Below the pieces are notes generated by a model. That model was not told the origin of the DNA. It did not search any database and worked only from the letters and a program-made list of their open reading frames with translations. The position numbers were made by a program, and so were the translations under genes. From an uncultured Chloroflexia bacterium (GTDB taxonomy: Bacteria; Chloroflexota; Anaerolineae; Anaerolineales; Anaerolineaceae), in contig OY969938.1 in NCBI GenBank assembly GCA_963704755.1, forward strand, positions 630,001-662,000: a stretch of 32,000 bases of DNA, read 5' to 3'. Shown here one piece after another: positions 17,107 to 25,866 of this stretch. Positions within the stretch are counted from its first letter, which is position 1, and each line of letters opens with the position of its first letter.

Positions 17107-17664
17107 TTGGAATTCGTTCGCCAATACGTGAAGAACGAGGGTCTTGTCCGGCATATGTTATCGGTAGAAGCGGCCATGCGCTTTTACGCAGGATTGGAAA
17201 ATCAGGACGTAGAAATGTGGGGATTGGCAGGAATATTGCACGACTTTGACTGGGAAATTCATCCAACCCTGGAAGAACATCCCCTGAAAGGCGCACCGAT
17301 CCTGCGTGAGGCCGGTGTGGACGAAGAAATCGTCCAGGCCATTCTCAGCCACGGTGTCGAAACCGGCGTGCCCAGGGACACTCCCATGCGCAAGGCCCTG
17401 TATGCCTGTGATGAGGTCACCGGCCTGATCACCGCCACTGCCCTGGTTCGGCCCTCCCGCTCGCTCTACGATCTGACGGCCTCCTCCGTCAAGAAAAAAT
17501 GGAAGGATCGCGCTTTTGCCGCCGGCGCAAACCGCCAGGAAATTGCTCAAGGTGCGGAAGAATACGGCGTAGAACTGTGGCAGCACGTGGACAATGTAAT
17601 CCTGGCTATGCGCAAAATCGCCCCCGAGTTGGACCTGGAAGGCAGCCTGACCCCCGCTGATTAG
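17107..17664 (+). CDS. HD/HDIG-domain metal-dependent phosphohydrolase
   Basis: VKNEGLVRHMLSVEAAMRFYA...WGLAGILHDFDWE...HP.KG shows the HD motif. The start is ambiguous; see the finding on the SD-aligned ATA at 17089. Confidence 0.8.
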   Translation: MEFVRQYVKNEGLVRHMLSVEAAMRFYAGLENQDVEMWGLAGILHDFDWEIHPTLEEHPLKGAPILREAGVDEEIVQAILSHGVETGVPRDTPMRKALYACDEVTGLITATALVRPSRSLYDLTASSVKKKWKDRAFAAGANRQEIAQGAEEYGVELWQHVDNVILAMRKIAPELDLEGSLTPAD

Positions 17665-17703
17665 CCCGGCAAGGCCCGGTGGGCGCATCGAGAGAGGATT
17701 TGA

Positions 17704-18807
17704 ATGACGTCGATTGATGGTAAAGGTTTTTTTATCTGGAAGGTTAAAGATTGTGAAGGCGGAAACCCAACCGCAATCGCAAATGCGGCCGTCAAGGCAG
17801 GTTTTAGCCACGTCATTATTAAAATTGCCGATGGCGGCTACGCTTACAACGTTGACTCCTCTACAAATACCGATCTCGTCGCCCCGGTCGTCACAGCCTT
17901 GAAAGCCAAGGGGATCCATGTATGGGGCTGGCATTACGTTTACGGGGATGCCCCCACGGTAGAAGCCAATATCGCCATCCAGCGGATCCAACAACTAAAC
18001 CTGGAAGGCTATGTGATCGACGCCGAGCTGGAATACCAGCAGGCCGGCAAATCAACCGCCGCGACCCAGTACATGACCCGCCTGCGGGATGCCTTGCCGC
18101 TTCTGCCGATGGCGCTCAGTTCTTACCGCTTCCCGTCTTACCATCCCCAATTACCCTGGCGGGTGTTCCTGGGTAAGGTCAACTACAACATGCCCCAGGT
18201 ATACTGGGAACAGGCTCACAACCCGGACACGCAGATGGATCGCGTGGTCAGCGAATTTCAAGCGCTGACGCCTTTCCGCCCAATCATTCCCACCGGCCCG
18301 GCCTATAAGACCGGCGGCTGGGCCCCCACCCTGGATGATATCAAAATATTCATGGATTCTGCCCGCCGCCACCAGTTGGTCGGGGCAAATTTCTTTTCCT
18401 GGGACGAGTGCCGCTCCTACCTGCAGCCTGTCTGGGACACCGTTTCCAGCTACAACTGGTCGAACACGATTCCGCCCAGTGACATTACCGGCGCGTTGAT
18501 CGAGGCGCTCAACACCCGTGACCCGGCTAAGGTGGCCAATCTCTACCTGCCCGACGCGGTCCATGTGACCTTCGCCCGCGCTATTCGCGGTACCGATGCG
18601 ATCAAAACCTGGTACAGCTCGCTGTTCAACAGTATGGTTCCCAATGCTCACTTCGACCTGACCGGCTACACCGGCACGGGCAGTTCGCGCCATTTCAACT
18701 GGACCGCCAGCTCAACGCAGGCCAGCATCAAGAATGGGAACGACACCCTGGGGCTGCTGGATGGCAAAATCGCGTATCACTACTCGTACTTTACCGTCTC
18801 CAAATAA
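17704..18807 (+). CDS. hypothetical two-domain protein: glycoside-hydrolase-like TIM-barrel N-terminus + SnoaL/NTF2-like C-terminus
   Basis: 367 aa. The N-terminal pattern KGFFIWKV...AGFSHVIIKIADG...GIHVWGWHYVYG...GYVIDAELEY resembles GH25/DUF4015-type barrels. The C-terminal ~110 aa (LIEALNTRDPAKVANLYLPDAVHV...) look NTF2-like. The function is not established. Confidence 0.45.
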   Translation: MTSIDGKGFFIWKVKDCEGGNPTAIANAAVKAGFSHVIIKIADGGYAYNVDSSTNTDLVAPVVTALKAKGIHVWGWHYVYGDAPTVEANIAIQRIQQLNLEGYVIDAELEYQQAGKSTAATQYMTRLRDALPLLPMALSSYRFPSYHPQLPWRVFLGKVNYNMPQVYWEQAHNPDTQMDRVVSEFQALTPFRPIIPTGPAYKTGGWAPTLDDIKIFMDSARRHQLVGANFFSWDECRSYLQPVWDTVSSYNWSNTIPPSDITGALIEALNTRDPAKVANLYLPDAVHVTFARAIRGTDAIKTWYSSLFNSMVPNAHFDLTGYTGTGSSRHFNWTASSTQASIKNGNDTLGLLDGKIAYHYSYFTVSK

Positions 18808-18849
18808 TTTTTTTAAATTCAATGGAACTGCCCGGCAACTGCAAAGCAG

Positions 18850-18908
18850 AGAGGCGGTTTAATTGATTTTCGCGTGCTTTGCCCGCGAAAATCAATTAAA
18901 CCGCCTCT
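18850..18908. repeat. perfect 25-bp inverted repeat with a 9-nt loop between convergent genes; candidate bidirectional terminator
   Basis: AGAGGCGGTTTAATTGATTTTCGCG (18850-18874), loop tgctttgcc, CGCGAAAATCAATTAAACCGCCTCT (18884-18908). There is no T tract after the stem on either strand. Confidence 0.8.
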
Positions 18909-18988
18909 ATATTCTCAACTATCCGAAAAAAAGCGAGACCTGCCGGGCAACACCTCAGCCGACACCTTTGCCGTTTCTCACAAAATGG

Positions 18989-21847
18989 CTACTCGCTGCT
19001 CTTTCGGCGTGGTGTGGTTTTCCTGGCCGGTGCAGCGCTGCCCTCTGGCTTCTTCGGCGCTTGGGAGGAAGCTGCCGGTTTAGGGCCAGCGGCAGGTTTG
19101 GTTTTACTCGCCGCGGGTTTTGATTTGGCGGCAGGCGCAGCCTTACTGGCGGCCGGTTTAGATCGCGTTGTGGATTTGGCGCCGCCAGCAGCCGGCCTGG
19201 TCCTGGCCTCTGTCTTTTGAGCGCCGGTGGTCTTTCTGGTAGAAGCTGTCTCCGTTTTTGCGGTAGATTTGGCCGCCGGGCTTTTTCGCTTTGCGGCCGT
19301 CTTTGTACCCAACTCACCAGGCATGATCCCGGTTAATGCCGGCTGAATTGCCTCACCGCCAGGGACAGCCGGGCTGCGCCGCGAACGGGTGCTCCCCGAT
19401 ACCGGACCGGTTTTACCGGCAGCGGCTCCCTCGCCGGGCAGGTCGATGACCCGCTGGACGGCATCGCCGGCCTTCACCGGCGCCAGGGCTTTACCGGCCG
19501 CCAGGCGCTTGACCGGCGGGATTTGGTCGATATGGATGATCTTAGGCGCTGCCTTGACATAAATTAGGCTCCCAGCGGCCTTGGGCGGGCCGTACAGCAG
19601 CCCTACTACCTCTACCCCCGGTTCGGGTCGGCAGCCGATTGTACCCTGCCCGTAGCGGCCTTGCAGCACGAGCTGGTCAGCGGGCAAACGCCAACCCTGG
19701 CCGTTCGAGCCGACCATCAGAAGCTGGTATTTTTCATTATAACGGAATGCCCCGGCCAGCGAATCCGGGTCGGCCAGCTTGATCCCGTTTACTCCCGCGG
19801 CGACCAGCCCCATCGGCCTGACGCTGTCCTCAGAAAAGCGGATCAGCATCCCCCGCCGGGTCGCCAGAACGATTTCGGACTGGCCGTCCATCCAAAACAT
19901 CCAGCGTAAGGAGTTACCCGGATTGACTCTGGCCAGGGTAAACAATTGCGTCGATGGGCCGGGCAGCTCACTCGCGACGGATTTTTTGACCATGCCATTC
20001 CGTGAAACTGTCATGATAAAGGTCTCATCCGGGTTGGCATCTTTAGGCAGCGAACAAAAGATACCGGCCAGTTCCAGCCCTTCTTCGAAGGGGGAAACAC
20101 GGTGCATGCTCACCCCATTCTCGAAGTCCTCGATTTCCGGTAATGATTGCACTGAAACGGCCGCTGTGCGGCCATCCGTGGCCGCCAGGTATAACGTCTG
20201 GTGTGTGCTGGTCAGGCAGGCCCAGCGCGGCTGTGTGCCGTCCTTGGGGAATTTCTCGTTGTGGGTTCGCCCGACCTGGCCGGCTTCCGTCACCCCAACC
20301 CAAACCGGCTGTTCCGGAACCAGATCCGTCGTCGTCAATACATCGTGCATCGTCTCCCCTTCTTTCAGAGAGACGATTTGGGTGCGGCGGCGGTCTCCGT
20401 ATGACTGTTTCATCAACAAAAGTTCGTCGGAAACTACCTGGCGCAATTTTTCGGGCGAGAGGAGCAGGTCTTCCAGTTTTTTGATCAGGTCGGTAATCTC
20501 GTGATATTCCAGCTCGATCTTTTTGCGTTCGAGGGAAGAAAGCCGGCGAAGCTGCATTTCCAGGATTGCGTTTGCCTGGATTTCGCTCAGCTTATAACGT
20601 TTCATCAACTTGGTCCGCGCATCCTCCACATCCTCGGCCTTGCGGATCAGGTTGATGATCTCGTCCAGGTTTTTCAAAGCAATGCGTAATCCCTCCAGGA
20701 TGTGAGCACGCTGGCGGGCCCTTTCCAGGTCATAAGCGCTTCGTCGCCGGATGACCTCGATACGGTGCTCCAGGTACACCCGCAAGGCCGGCTTGAGCGC
20801 TAACAGGTGCGGTTCACCGTTCACCAGGGCCAATAGCGAGATGCGGAAAGTCGATTGCAAGGGTGTACGCTTGTACAATTCGCGCAAAACGTTTTCTTCC
20901 TCGGCTACCTTATTCAGCTCGATGACGATCCGCATTCCCTGCCGGTCTGATTCATCTCGCAGGTCGCTGATGCCTTCCAGGTTGCCCTCACGGGCCAGCT
21001 CGGCGATCCGTTCGATCAAGGAGGCTTTATTGATCTGGTAGGGCAGTTCGGTGATGATGATCCGGCTTTTCCCGCGGCCCATTTCTTCCAATTGAACCTT
21101 CCCCCGCAGGGTTACCTTTCCGCGACCGGTGGCATAAGCCGAAAGCAGGTCTTCGGACGAATTTTCCTGCAGGATGATCCCTCCGGTGGGAAAATCCGGT
21201 CCTTTGATAAATTTCATCAGGTCATCGACGGCAATGTCTTCCAGGTGCTCCCATTTGTTCAGCATGAATACCAGCGCGTCGATCACTTCGGTCAAATTGT
21301 GCGGCGGGATACTGGTCGCCATCCCGACCGCGATTCCGCTGGCGCCATTGACCAGTAAATTCGGGATAGCTGCCGGCAGCACATCCGGTTCGTCGAGCGA
21401 ATCATCGAAATTGCGGATGAAATCAATCGTGTTGCGGTCCAATTGCAGCAGCATATCTACTGCCGGGCGGGTCAGGCGGGCTTCGGTGTAACGCATCGCG
21501 GCCGGTGGATCGCCGTCCACCGAACCGAAGTTGCCCTGCCCATCCACCAGCGGATAGCGCATACTGAATTCCTGGGCCATCCGCGCCATGGCTTCGTACA
21601 CAGCCTGGTCGCCGTGCGGATGATATTTGCCCAATACCTCACCGACGATACGCGCCGATTTCTTATGAGCCGTATCGGCTCGCAGGCCCATATCGTACAT
21701 GCCATACAAGATGCGCCGTTGTACTGGCTTGAGGCCATCCCGGGCGTCCGGGAGCGCCCGGGCCACGATAACGCTCATCGCATAGTCCAGGTAAGACTGC
21801 TGCATTTCATGATCAATATCGACGCGACGAACCAAACCTATTTCCAT
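18989..21847 (-). CDS. gyrA: DNA gyrase subunit A with a ~100-150-aa basic Lys/Ala/Pro-rich C-terminal extension
   Basis: 952 aa. [92 protein letters not shown] (catalytic Tyr) and beta-pinwheel CTD blades ([28 protein letters not shown]). The tail reads ...[14 protein letters not shown]...[31 protein letters not shown]... Confidence 0.9.
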   Translation of the reverse strand: MEIGLVRRVDIDHEMQQSYLDYAMSVIVARALPDARDGLKPVQRRILYGMYDMGLRADTAHKKSARIVGEVLGKYHPHGDQAVYEAMARMAQEFSMRYPLVDGQGNFGSVDGDPPAAMRYTEARLTRPAVDMLLQLDRNTIDFIRNFDDSLDEPDVLPAAIPNLLVNGASGIAVGMATSIPPHNLTEVIDALVFMLNKWEHLEDIAVDDLMKFIKGPDFPTGGIILQENSSEDLLSAYATGRGKVTLRGKVQLEEMGRGKSRIIITELPYQINKASLIERIAELAREGNLEGISDLRDESDRQGMRIVIELNKVAEEENVLRELYKRTPLQSTFRISLLALVNGEPHLLALKPALRVYLEHRIEVIRRRSAYDLERARQRAHILEGLRIALKNLDEIINLIRKAEDVEDARTKLMKRYKLSEIQANAILEMQLRRLSSLERKKIELEYHEITDLIKKLEDLLLSPEKLRQVVSDELLLMKQSYGDRRRTQIVSLKEGETMHDVLTTTDLVPEQPVWVGVTEAGQVGRTHNEKFPKDGTQPRWACLTSTHQTLYLAATDGRTAAVSVQSLPEIEDFENGVSMHRVSPFEEGLELAGIFCSLPKDANPDETFIMTVSRNGMVKKSVASELPGPSTQLFTLARVNPGNSLRWMFWMDGQSEIVLATRRGMLIRFSEDSVRPMGLVAAGVNGIKLADPDSLAGAFRYNEKYQLLMVGSNGQGWRLPADQLVLQGRYGQGTIGCRPEPGVEVVGLLYGPPKAAGSLIYVKAAPKIIHIDQIPPVKRLAAGKALAPVKAGDAVQRVIDLPGEGAAAGKTGPVSGSTRSRRSPAVPGGEAIQPALTGIMPGELGTKTAAKRKSPAAKSTAKTETASTRKTTGAQKTEARTRPAAGGAKSTTRSKPAASKAAPAAKSKPAASKTKPAAGPKPAASSQAPKKPEGSAAPARKTTPRRKSSE

Positions 21848-21962
21848 AAAAGAACTCCTGGCGATTAATCAATAAAATAATGGCACTGGAAGAGTCACCC
21901 CACCCTTACCTGCTCAAGGACAACTTTCTTCCATGAAGGGCCGCTGTCTGGTGTAAATACCG

Positions 21963-22076
21963 TATATATGGGGGTATGGAGTATGCAGAGTAGCATATAT
22001 AGGGGTAAAAAACGTCCAGGACGGCTATTTTTAGCACAAAATCCATACGTTTTGCACGTTTTTTGCACGTTTTTTT
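21963..22076. promoter_or_regulatory. two sets of short direct repeats upstream of the ParM-like operon; candidate parC-like centromere/operator
   Basis: TATATATGGGGGTA (21963-21976) is repeated as CATATATAGGGGTA (21994-22007). Three tandem ACGTTTT(TT)-GC units run ACGTTTT GCACGTTTTTT GCACGTTTTTTT (22047-22076). Confidence 0.4.
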
Positions 22077-22158
22077 GGTAACTCACTGAAATTATACAGC
22101 ATTCCAGGTTTTCTCGAATTCGTACAGGTGCGGCCTATCTTTTTAAAGGAGGTCGCAA

Positions 22159-22371
22159 ATGTCGATCAATCTAAAACGAGCAAGAGAAAAGCTCGTCATC
22201 TCTATCCATTTCACTCTTTATCCAGGAGTGGACAACAATTTCATACGTTTCATTCAAACAACACCCCGGCGTAGTTTAGCCAGGCGGGTGTGCGAAGCCA
22301 TGGATGCGTATCTCACAATGGAAAACGCTGCTGATCCGATAACACGGTCGGTGGGGGTGAACCATGAGTGA
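22159..22371 (+). CDS. small RHH-like (ribbon-helix-helix) protein, paralogue of the 23350-23589 product
   Basis: 70 aa. AAAGGAGG lies upstream and the stop overlaps the ParM-like start by 8 nt (ATGAGTGA). KLVISIHFTLYPGVDNNFIRFIQ...ARRVCEAMDAYL has a beta-strand then helix-helix layout similar to SLTISVHIHLRLTPGEDDDLIKFFN...ARAVKAALRMG. Confidence 0.55.
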   Translation: MSINLKRAREKLVISIHFTLYPGVDNNFIRFIQTTPRRSLARRVCEAMDAYLTMENAADPITRSVGVNHE

Positions 22372-23353
22372 GCCTTTATTCTTCGGTGAAGACCTCGGAG
22401 CGGGGGCGAACAAGCTCTATGGCGCCCACGGTGGGATTCAGCTTCAGGCGGTGGTCGCTGCCGATACCGGCCAACAGGTCAGCCAGCTGCTAGGGTTCCG
22501 TAACCGTAAGCCGCCTATGAAAGTGGGGGTCGGCGGTATGAATTTCTACGTGGGTCCAGACGCTCATGATTGGGGGCGGGCGATAGAGAATTTGGATTAC
22601 GAACGCATGACCGGCGTGCCTGAAACCCGTGCCATTGTGTACGGCATTCTCAGTCGTTATATGCAGCAATTTGGGACAATCGATGTTCCCATCAATTTGA
22701 TCGTCGGCCTTCCCCTTGAAGTGCTTTCAGGGGATCAGGCTGCCACCAATGCCGAGAACGTCAAGCGCTGGTTGGTGGGGGAGCATGAATGGGATACGGA
22801 TGGACAGCACAACTCAGTTCAGATCAGTGAAGTGAAAGTGACCAGCCAACCCTCTGGCGCGCTCTTTGATTATCTGCTGGATGATGAAGGCCAATTCATT
22901 CCCCCACGGCGGGCACATTTCAATCAGGAGATGGGGATCATCTCGATTGGCTTCAACACTCTGGAACTTCTCACGGTCAACGACCGGACGGTGGTTCAGG
23001 CCATGACTGCTGGCCGAACGCTGGGAGTGCGCCGGCTGCTGGAATTGCTTAACGGGGATAACCTGCACACCCTGGGTGAGTTGGATACCAAATTGCGTTC
23101 TTCAAAATTAGAGATCCGCCAGGCAATCCCTGTCTGGGCCAGGGAAGTCACCGGCCAGATCGAAAAGACCTGGGGGAATCGCTGGCGCAGGTTTTCGCAA
23201 CTCATCATCGTGGGTGGGGGAGCCATCTTGCTGCGTGAACTGTTGGTCGAACGTTTCAGCGGCAGAGTATATATTCCGGATGATCCGGTAATTTCGATCA
23301 GCCGGGGATTGTACAAACTGGCCAAACAACAGGCCTATCGGAGGAAGGTATGA
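22364..23353 (+). CDS. parM: actin-like ATPase, ParM/StbA-family segregation protein
   Basis: 329 aa with actin-fold motifs: phosphate-1 FGEDLGAGANK, connect LIVGLPLE, phosphate-2 GIISIGFNTLEL and adenosine LIIVGGGAILLRE. Confidence 0.7.
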   Translation: MSEPLFFGEDLGAGANKLYGAHGGIQLQAVVAADTGQQVSQLLGFRNRKPPMKVGVGGMNFYVGPDAHDWGRAIENLDYERMTGVPETRAIVYGILSRYMQQFGTIDVPINLIVGLPLEVLSGDQAATNAENVKRWLVGEHEWDTDGQHNSVQISEVKVTSQPSGALFDYLLDDEGQFIPPRRAHFNQEMGIISIGFNTLELLTVNDRTVVQAMTAGRTLGVRRLLELLNGDNLHTLGELDTKLRSSKLEIRQAIPVWAREVTGQIEKTWGNRWRRFSQLIIVGGGAILLRELLVERFSGRVYIPDDPVISISRGLYKLAKQQAYRRKV

Positions 23354-23589
23354 GCCCCAATAAGCCAACCCATGAGTTTTCACTCACCATATCGGTACAT
23401 ATTCATCTTCGCTTGACGCCTGGCGAAGATGACGACCTGATCAAATTCTTCAATCGGGCAGGGTATATGTGCAAAGCTCGGGCAGTCAAAGCAGCCTTGC
23501 GAATGGGTGGGTTGCCAACTGATGATTCCTTTTTCGTTGCCGAAGAAGATGGCGGAGCTGAAGATGCGCTCAATGATCTGGTGATCTAG
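23350..23589 (+). CDS. small RHH-like protein with an acidic C-terminal tail; ParR-like adaptor candidate
   Basis: 79 aa whose start overlaps the ParM-like stop (ATGA). It has an RHH-like N-terminus and an acidic/hydrophobic tail, FFVAEEDGGAEDALNDLVI. The position downstream of parM matches parMR organisation. Confidence 0.5.
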   Translation: MSPNKPTHEFSLTISVHIHLRLTPGEDDDLIKFFNRAGYMCKARAVKAALRMGGLPTDDSFFVAEEDGGAEDALNDLVI

Positions 23590-23657
23590 CGTTCAAGGAA
23601 CCGTGTCCAGATTTTCCAGATACGGTTCCGGACGACCGCAAAATAGGAAGTAATAAA

Positions 23658-24125
23658 ATGGACCAATTATTAGAAACCTTTAAAGAAAGCTCTGATCTTG
23701 AACATCTAAGATTTGTGATGGATTTTCACTTCGGTCAGTTCTACAAAGAAGTGGGTGTTTCGCTGGATGAGCACCTTGTTCTGCATGCCTGCGCGGTTCT
23801 TGAATACCTGATCTATTATCGGGGAAACGATAGGCGAATGAAGGAAAAACTTCGTTATCGATACCCGGCAGCCATTTTCGAAATACTGGAACACAAAAAC
23901 CATCAAGAATCCGAATACATGGAAGATGCTGAGCAAAGAGTGATCGAGAGCAAAATTGAAGCGTCACGTTTCAAATTTGAGAAAGCAGACGTTGAACAGA
24001 AAAATTACGCTCTGACCGCGGAGAATGATCGATTGCAAAAGATGATCCACCAACAGAATCAAGTGCTGCGCAACCTGCAGGACCGGCTGGACCGCGTCAA
24101 CAATTCGGGTCAACAAATCAGTTAA
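23658..24125 (+). CDS. hypothetical protein with a C-terminal coiled coil
   Basis: 155 aa. The C-terminus KNYALTAENDRLQKMIHQQNQVLRNLQDRLDRV is heptad-like. No domain recognised. Confidence 0.5.
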   Translation: MDQLLETFKESSDLEHLRFVMDFHFGQFYKEVGVSLDEHLVLHACAVLEYLIYYRGNDRRMKEKLRYRYPAAIFEILEHKNHQESEYMEDAEQRVIESKIEASRFKFEKADVEQKNYALTAENDRLQKMIHQQNQVLRNLQDRLDRVNNSGQQIS

Positions 24126-24170
24126 AGTCCACATTAATCAAACCATTAAATTACGGAGTGAATTTTTAAC

Positions 24171-25616
24171 ATGAGAGAAAATCAGAAACCTATCATTCGC
24201 TGGATTGACACACACGATCAATCCGAGCGTTTAATCCAAATTTTGAATTGTTTTTCCCACCGCGGAATTGCGACTGGAGAGCAAGTCGAAGTTCTGACCG
24301 GTTTGGGGCAGCATCCAGTTCGGGATGCTTTGAAGATTCTTACTGAACCACCGGGTGGATTGAAGCCGGCACTGAGGACGATCAACGTCACTTTGCCGGG
24401 TCAACGGGGCAGACCATACGCAGCCTTCGTGCTTACTGAACAAGGCGCGGCAATGTTGGAAGATGATCCTCGTAAAGCGCCGAAACTCGATGACCCCGTT
24501 GAGGCAGCACATGCCTTGATGGAAATGCAGGTATTCATTGCTGCATATCAGCAGGGAGGAAAGGTTGAACTGGAAAAGGTGCTCCCCTTTGCCGGGTTAC
24601 GGAACATCCGCGCGGACGTTTTGTATGAGGGCAAGATCCTCTTTGAGATGGAGCAGCAAGCCCGCTTGAATGATGTGCCCCGGATTTCAGACAAGCTGGA
24701 ACGCCTGGCGCTTTTCTTTAATTCGCCGGCCGGCAGCGACATTGATCCCAAAGTACGAATCTTATTCGCGTTGGCGGTAAATGACGGCAAGACAGTCCCT
24801 ATCTGGCAGCAGGTTCTCGGTGCACTGAAAAAGAAAAATGGATCTATCCCGTTTGAGCTTTACTGGAAAGAGGTCGGCTCATTCATACAGAATCCGGAAT
24901 GGGAAAGCGTTGATTCTTTCCGCCTGCTGGAGCCGGCCGTTTTATCCCAGCCAAAGGTATCGCCTGCAGAAGAAAACCCCATCGACCCGGTTACCGCAAT
25001 CCCCGATTTTACCAGGCGTATTCCGGTGGACATGACTGAATTGAATATGGTGATGAGTATCATGGAATCCGGGATCGGGAAATTGGAGGGGGAGGCGAAG
25101 GAAAACCGCTATCAGTTCTTCCAAATGATGGAAGTGATTTATGATGGTTCCCATTATCAGGGTGGACCGGTAGAGCGAGAATCAGCTTATCCAGCGACTT
25201 CCATGGTGCTGCTGTATCGATTCCTGCACATGCATCAAAACAAACTCTTCCTTGAGCAACTCCAATCTGCATACAAAAAGGTGCAATATAGCCAAAGACA
25301 GGCTTTACCTCTTTTCAGGGATAATCTGACACGTTTCTACTGGGATGTCTTTCTACGGTACTTCAACTTTGGACGTGGCGGTTCTCTCAAGGTAAAGGTT
25401 GAGGTACCTTCTTTTGTAGACAGCCGTTCAGAAATTTATCCCGTAGTCACCATTTCTGATTGGGAAATGTTGCGTGGAGAGGAAGGATACGTACCCAGCG
25501 GCGAGCCGGCCCACGCCGAAAAGGCGCTGACCTGGGTATTGGAGGCGATGCATCTTTACGCGTTTGACCTGGGATTGGCGCGTGAAAAGATGAACAGAGA
25601 ACGACAAAAATCATAA
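24171..25616 (+). CDS. replication-relaxation-family-like protein (N-terminal wHTH + PD-(D/E)xK-like core), with a long unassigned C-terminal half
   Basis: 481 aa. RLIQILNCFSHRGIATGEQVEVLTGL...RPYAAFVLTEQGAAML...AHALMEMQVFIAA...IRADVLYEGKILFEMEQQ...ISDKLERLALFF resembles the plasmid replication-relaxation family from memory. Confidence 0.45.
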   Translation: MRENQKPIIRWIDTHDQSERLIQILNCFSHRGIATGEQVEVLTGLGQHPVRDALKILTEPPGGLKPALRTINVTLPGQRGRPYAAFVLTEQGAAMLEDDPRKAPKLDDPVEAAHALMEMQVFIAAYQQGGKVELEKVLPFAGLRNIRADVLYEGKILFEMEQQARLNDVPRISDKLERLALFFNSPAGSDIDPKVRILFALAVNDGKTVPIWQQVLGALKKKNGSIPFELYWKEVGSFIQNPEWESVDSFRLLEPAVLSQPKVSPAEENPIDPVTAIPDFTRRIPVDMTELNMVMSIMESGIGKLEGEAKENRYQFFQMMEVIYDGSHYQGGPVERESAYPATSMVLLYRFLHMHQNKLFLEQLQSAYKKVQYSQRQALPLFRDNLTRFYWDVFLRYFNFGRGGSLKVKVEVPSFVDSRSEIYPVVTISDWEMLRGEEGYVPSGEPAHAEKALTWVLEAMHLYAFDLGLAREKMNRERQKS

Positions 25617-25682
25617 ATAAAAAAACAAAAAAACTAGATCAACCTTGTCTGCAAGAAAAAATATTCAGAAATGTAATCTACA

Positions 25683-25711
25683 AGAATTGCTCCTCTAATA
25701 GGAGCAATTCT
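25683..25711. terminator. 12-bp perfect hairpin between convergent genes, at the GC-content break
   Basis: AGAATTGCTCCT (25683-25694), loop ctaat, AGGAGCAATTCT (25700-25711), followed by TCTTAATT. Confidence 0.5.
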
Positions 25712-25866
25712 CTTAATTCACTTACCGGAATTAATGTCATGGTTATTGTTTAACCTATATCCGATTCGGGCTACATTGGATAGGTAAATTATATATCGAG
25801 AAAAAGTATTTGGTTAATGACGTGTACAATCTACTTATATATAGGTAGTTTTCCAAAATATTGAGT

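Noticed and set aside
18989-19320. Overlapping ORFs on both strands (18955-19317 minus; 19014-19220 and 18863-19123 plus) within the gyrA tail region
   Set aside because: These are artefacts of the repetitive GC-rich Lys/Ala/Pro-coding sequence. The gyrA frame is continuous with the conserved enzyme body.
21895-22086. 63-aa minus-strand ORF in the gyrA/ParM intergenic region
   Set aside because: It overlaps the direct-repeat/promoter region and has no SD or motif. It is more likely non-coding regulatory DNA.
23597-23629. GGAACCGT...ACGGTTCC hairpin (8-bp stem, 17-nt loop) after the ParR-like gene, considered as a terminator
   Set aside because: No T tract follows it and the loop is large. 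It may be a weak attenuator, but support is insufficient to annotate it.
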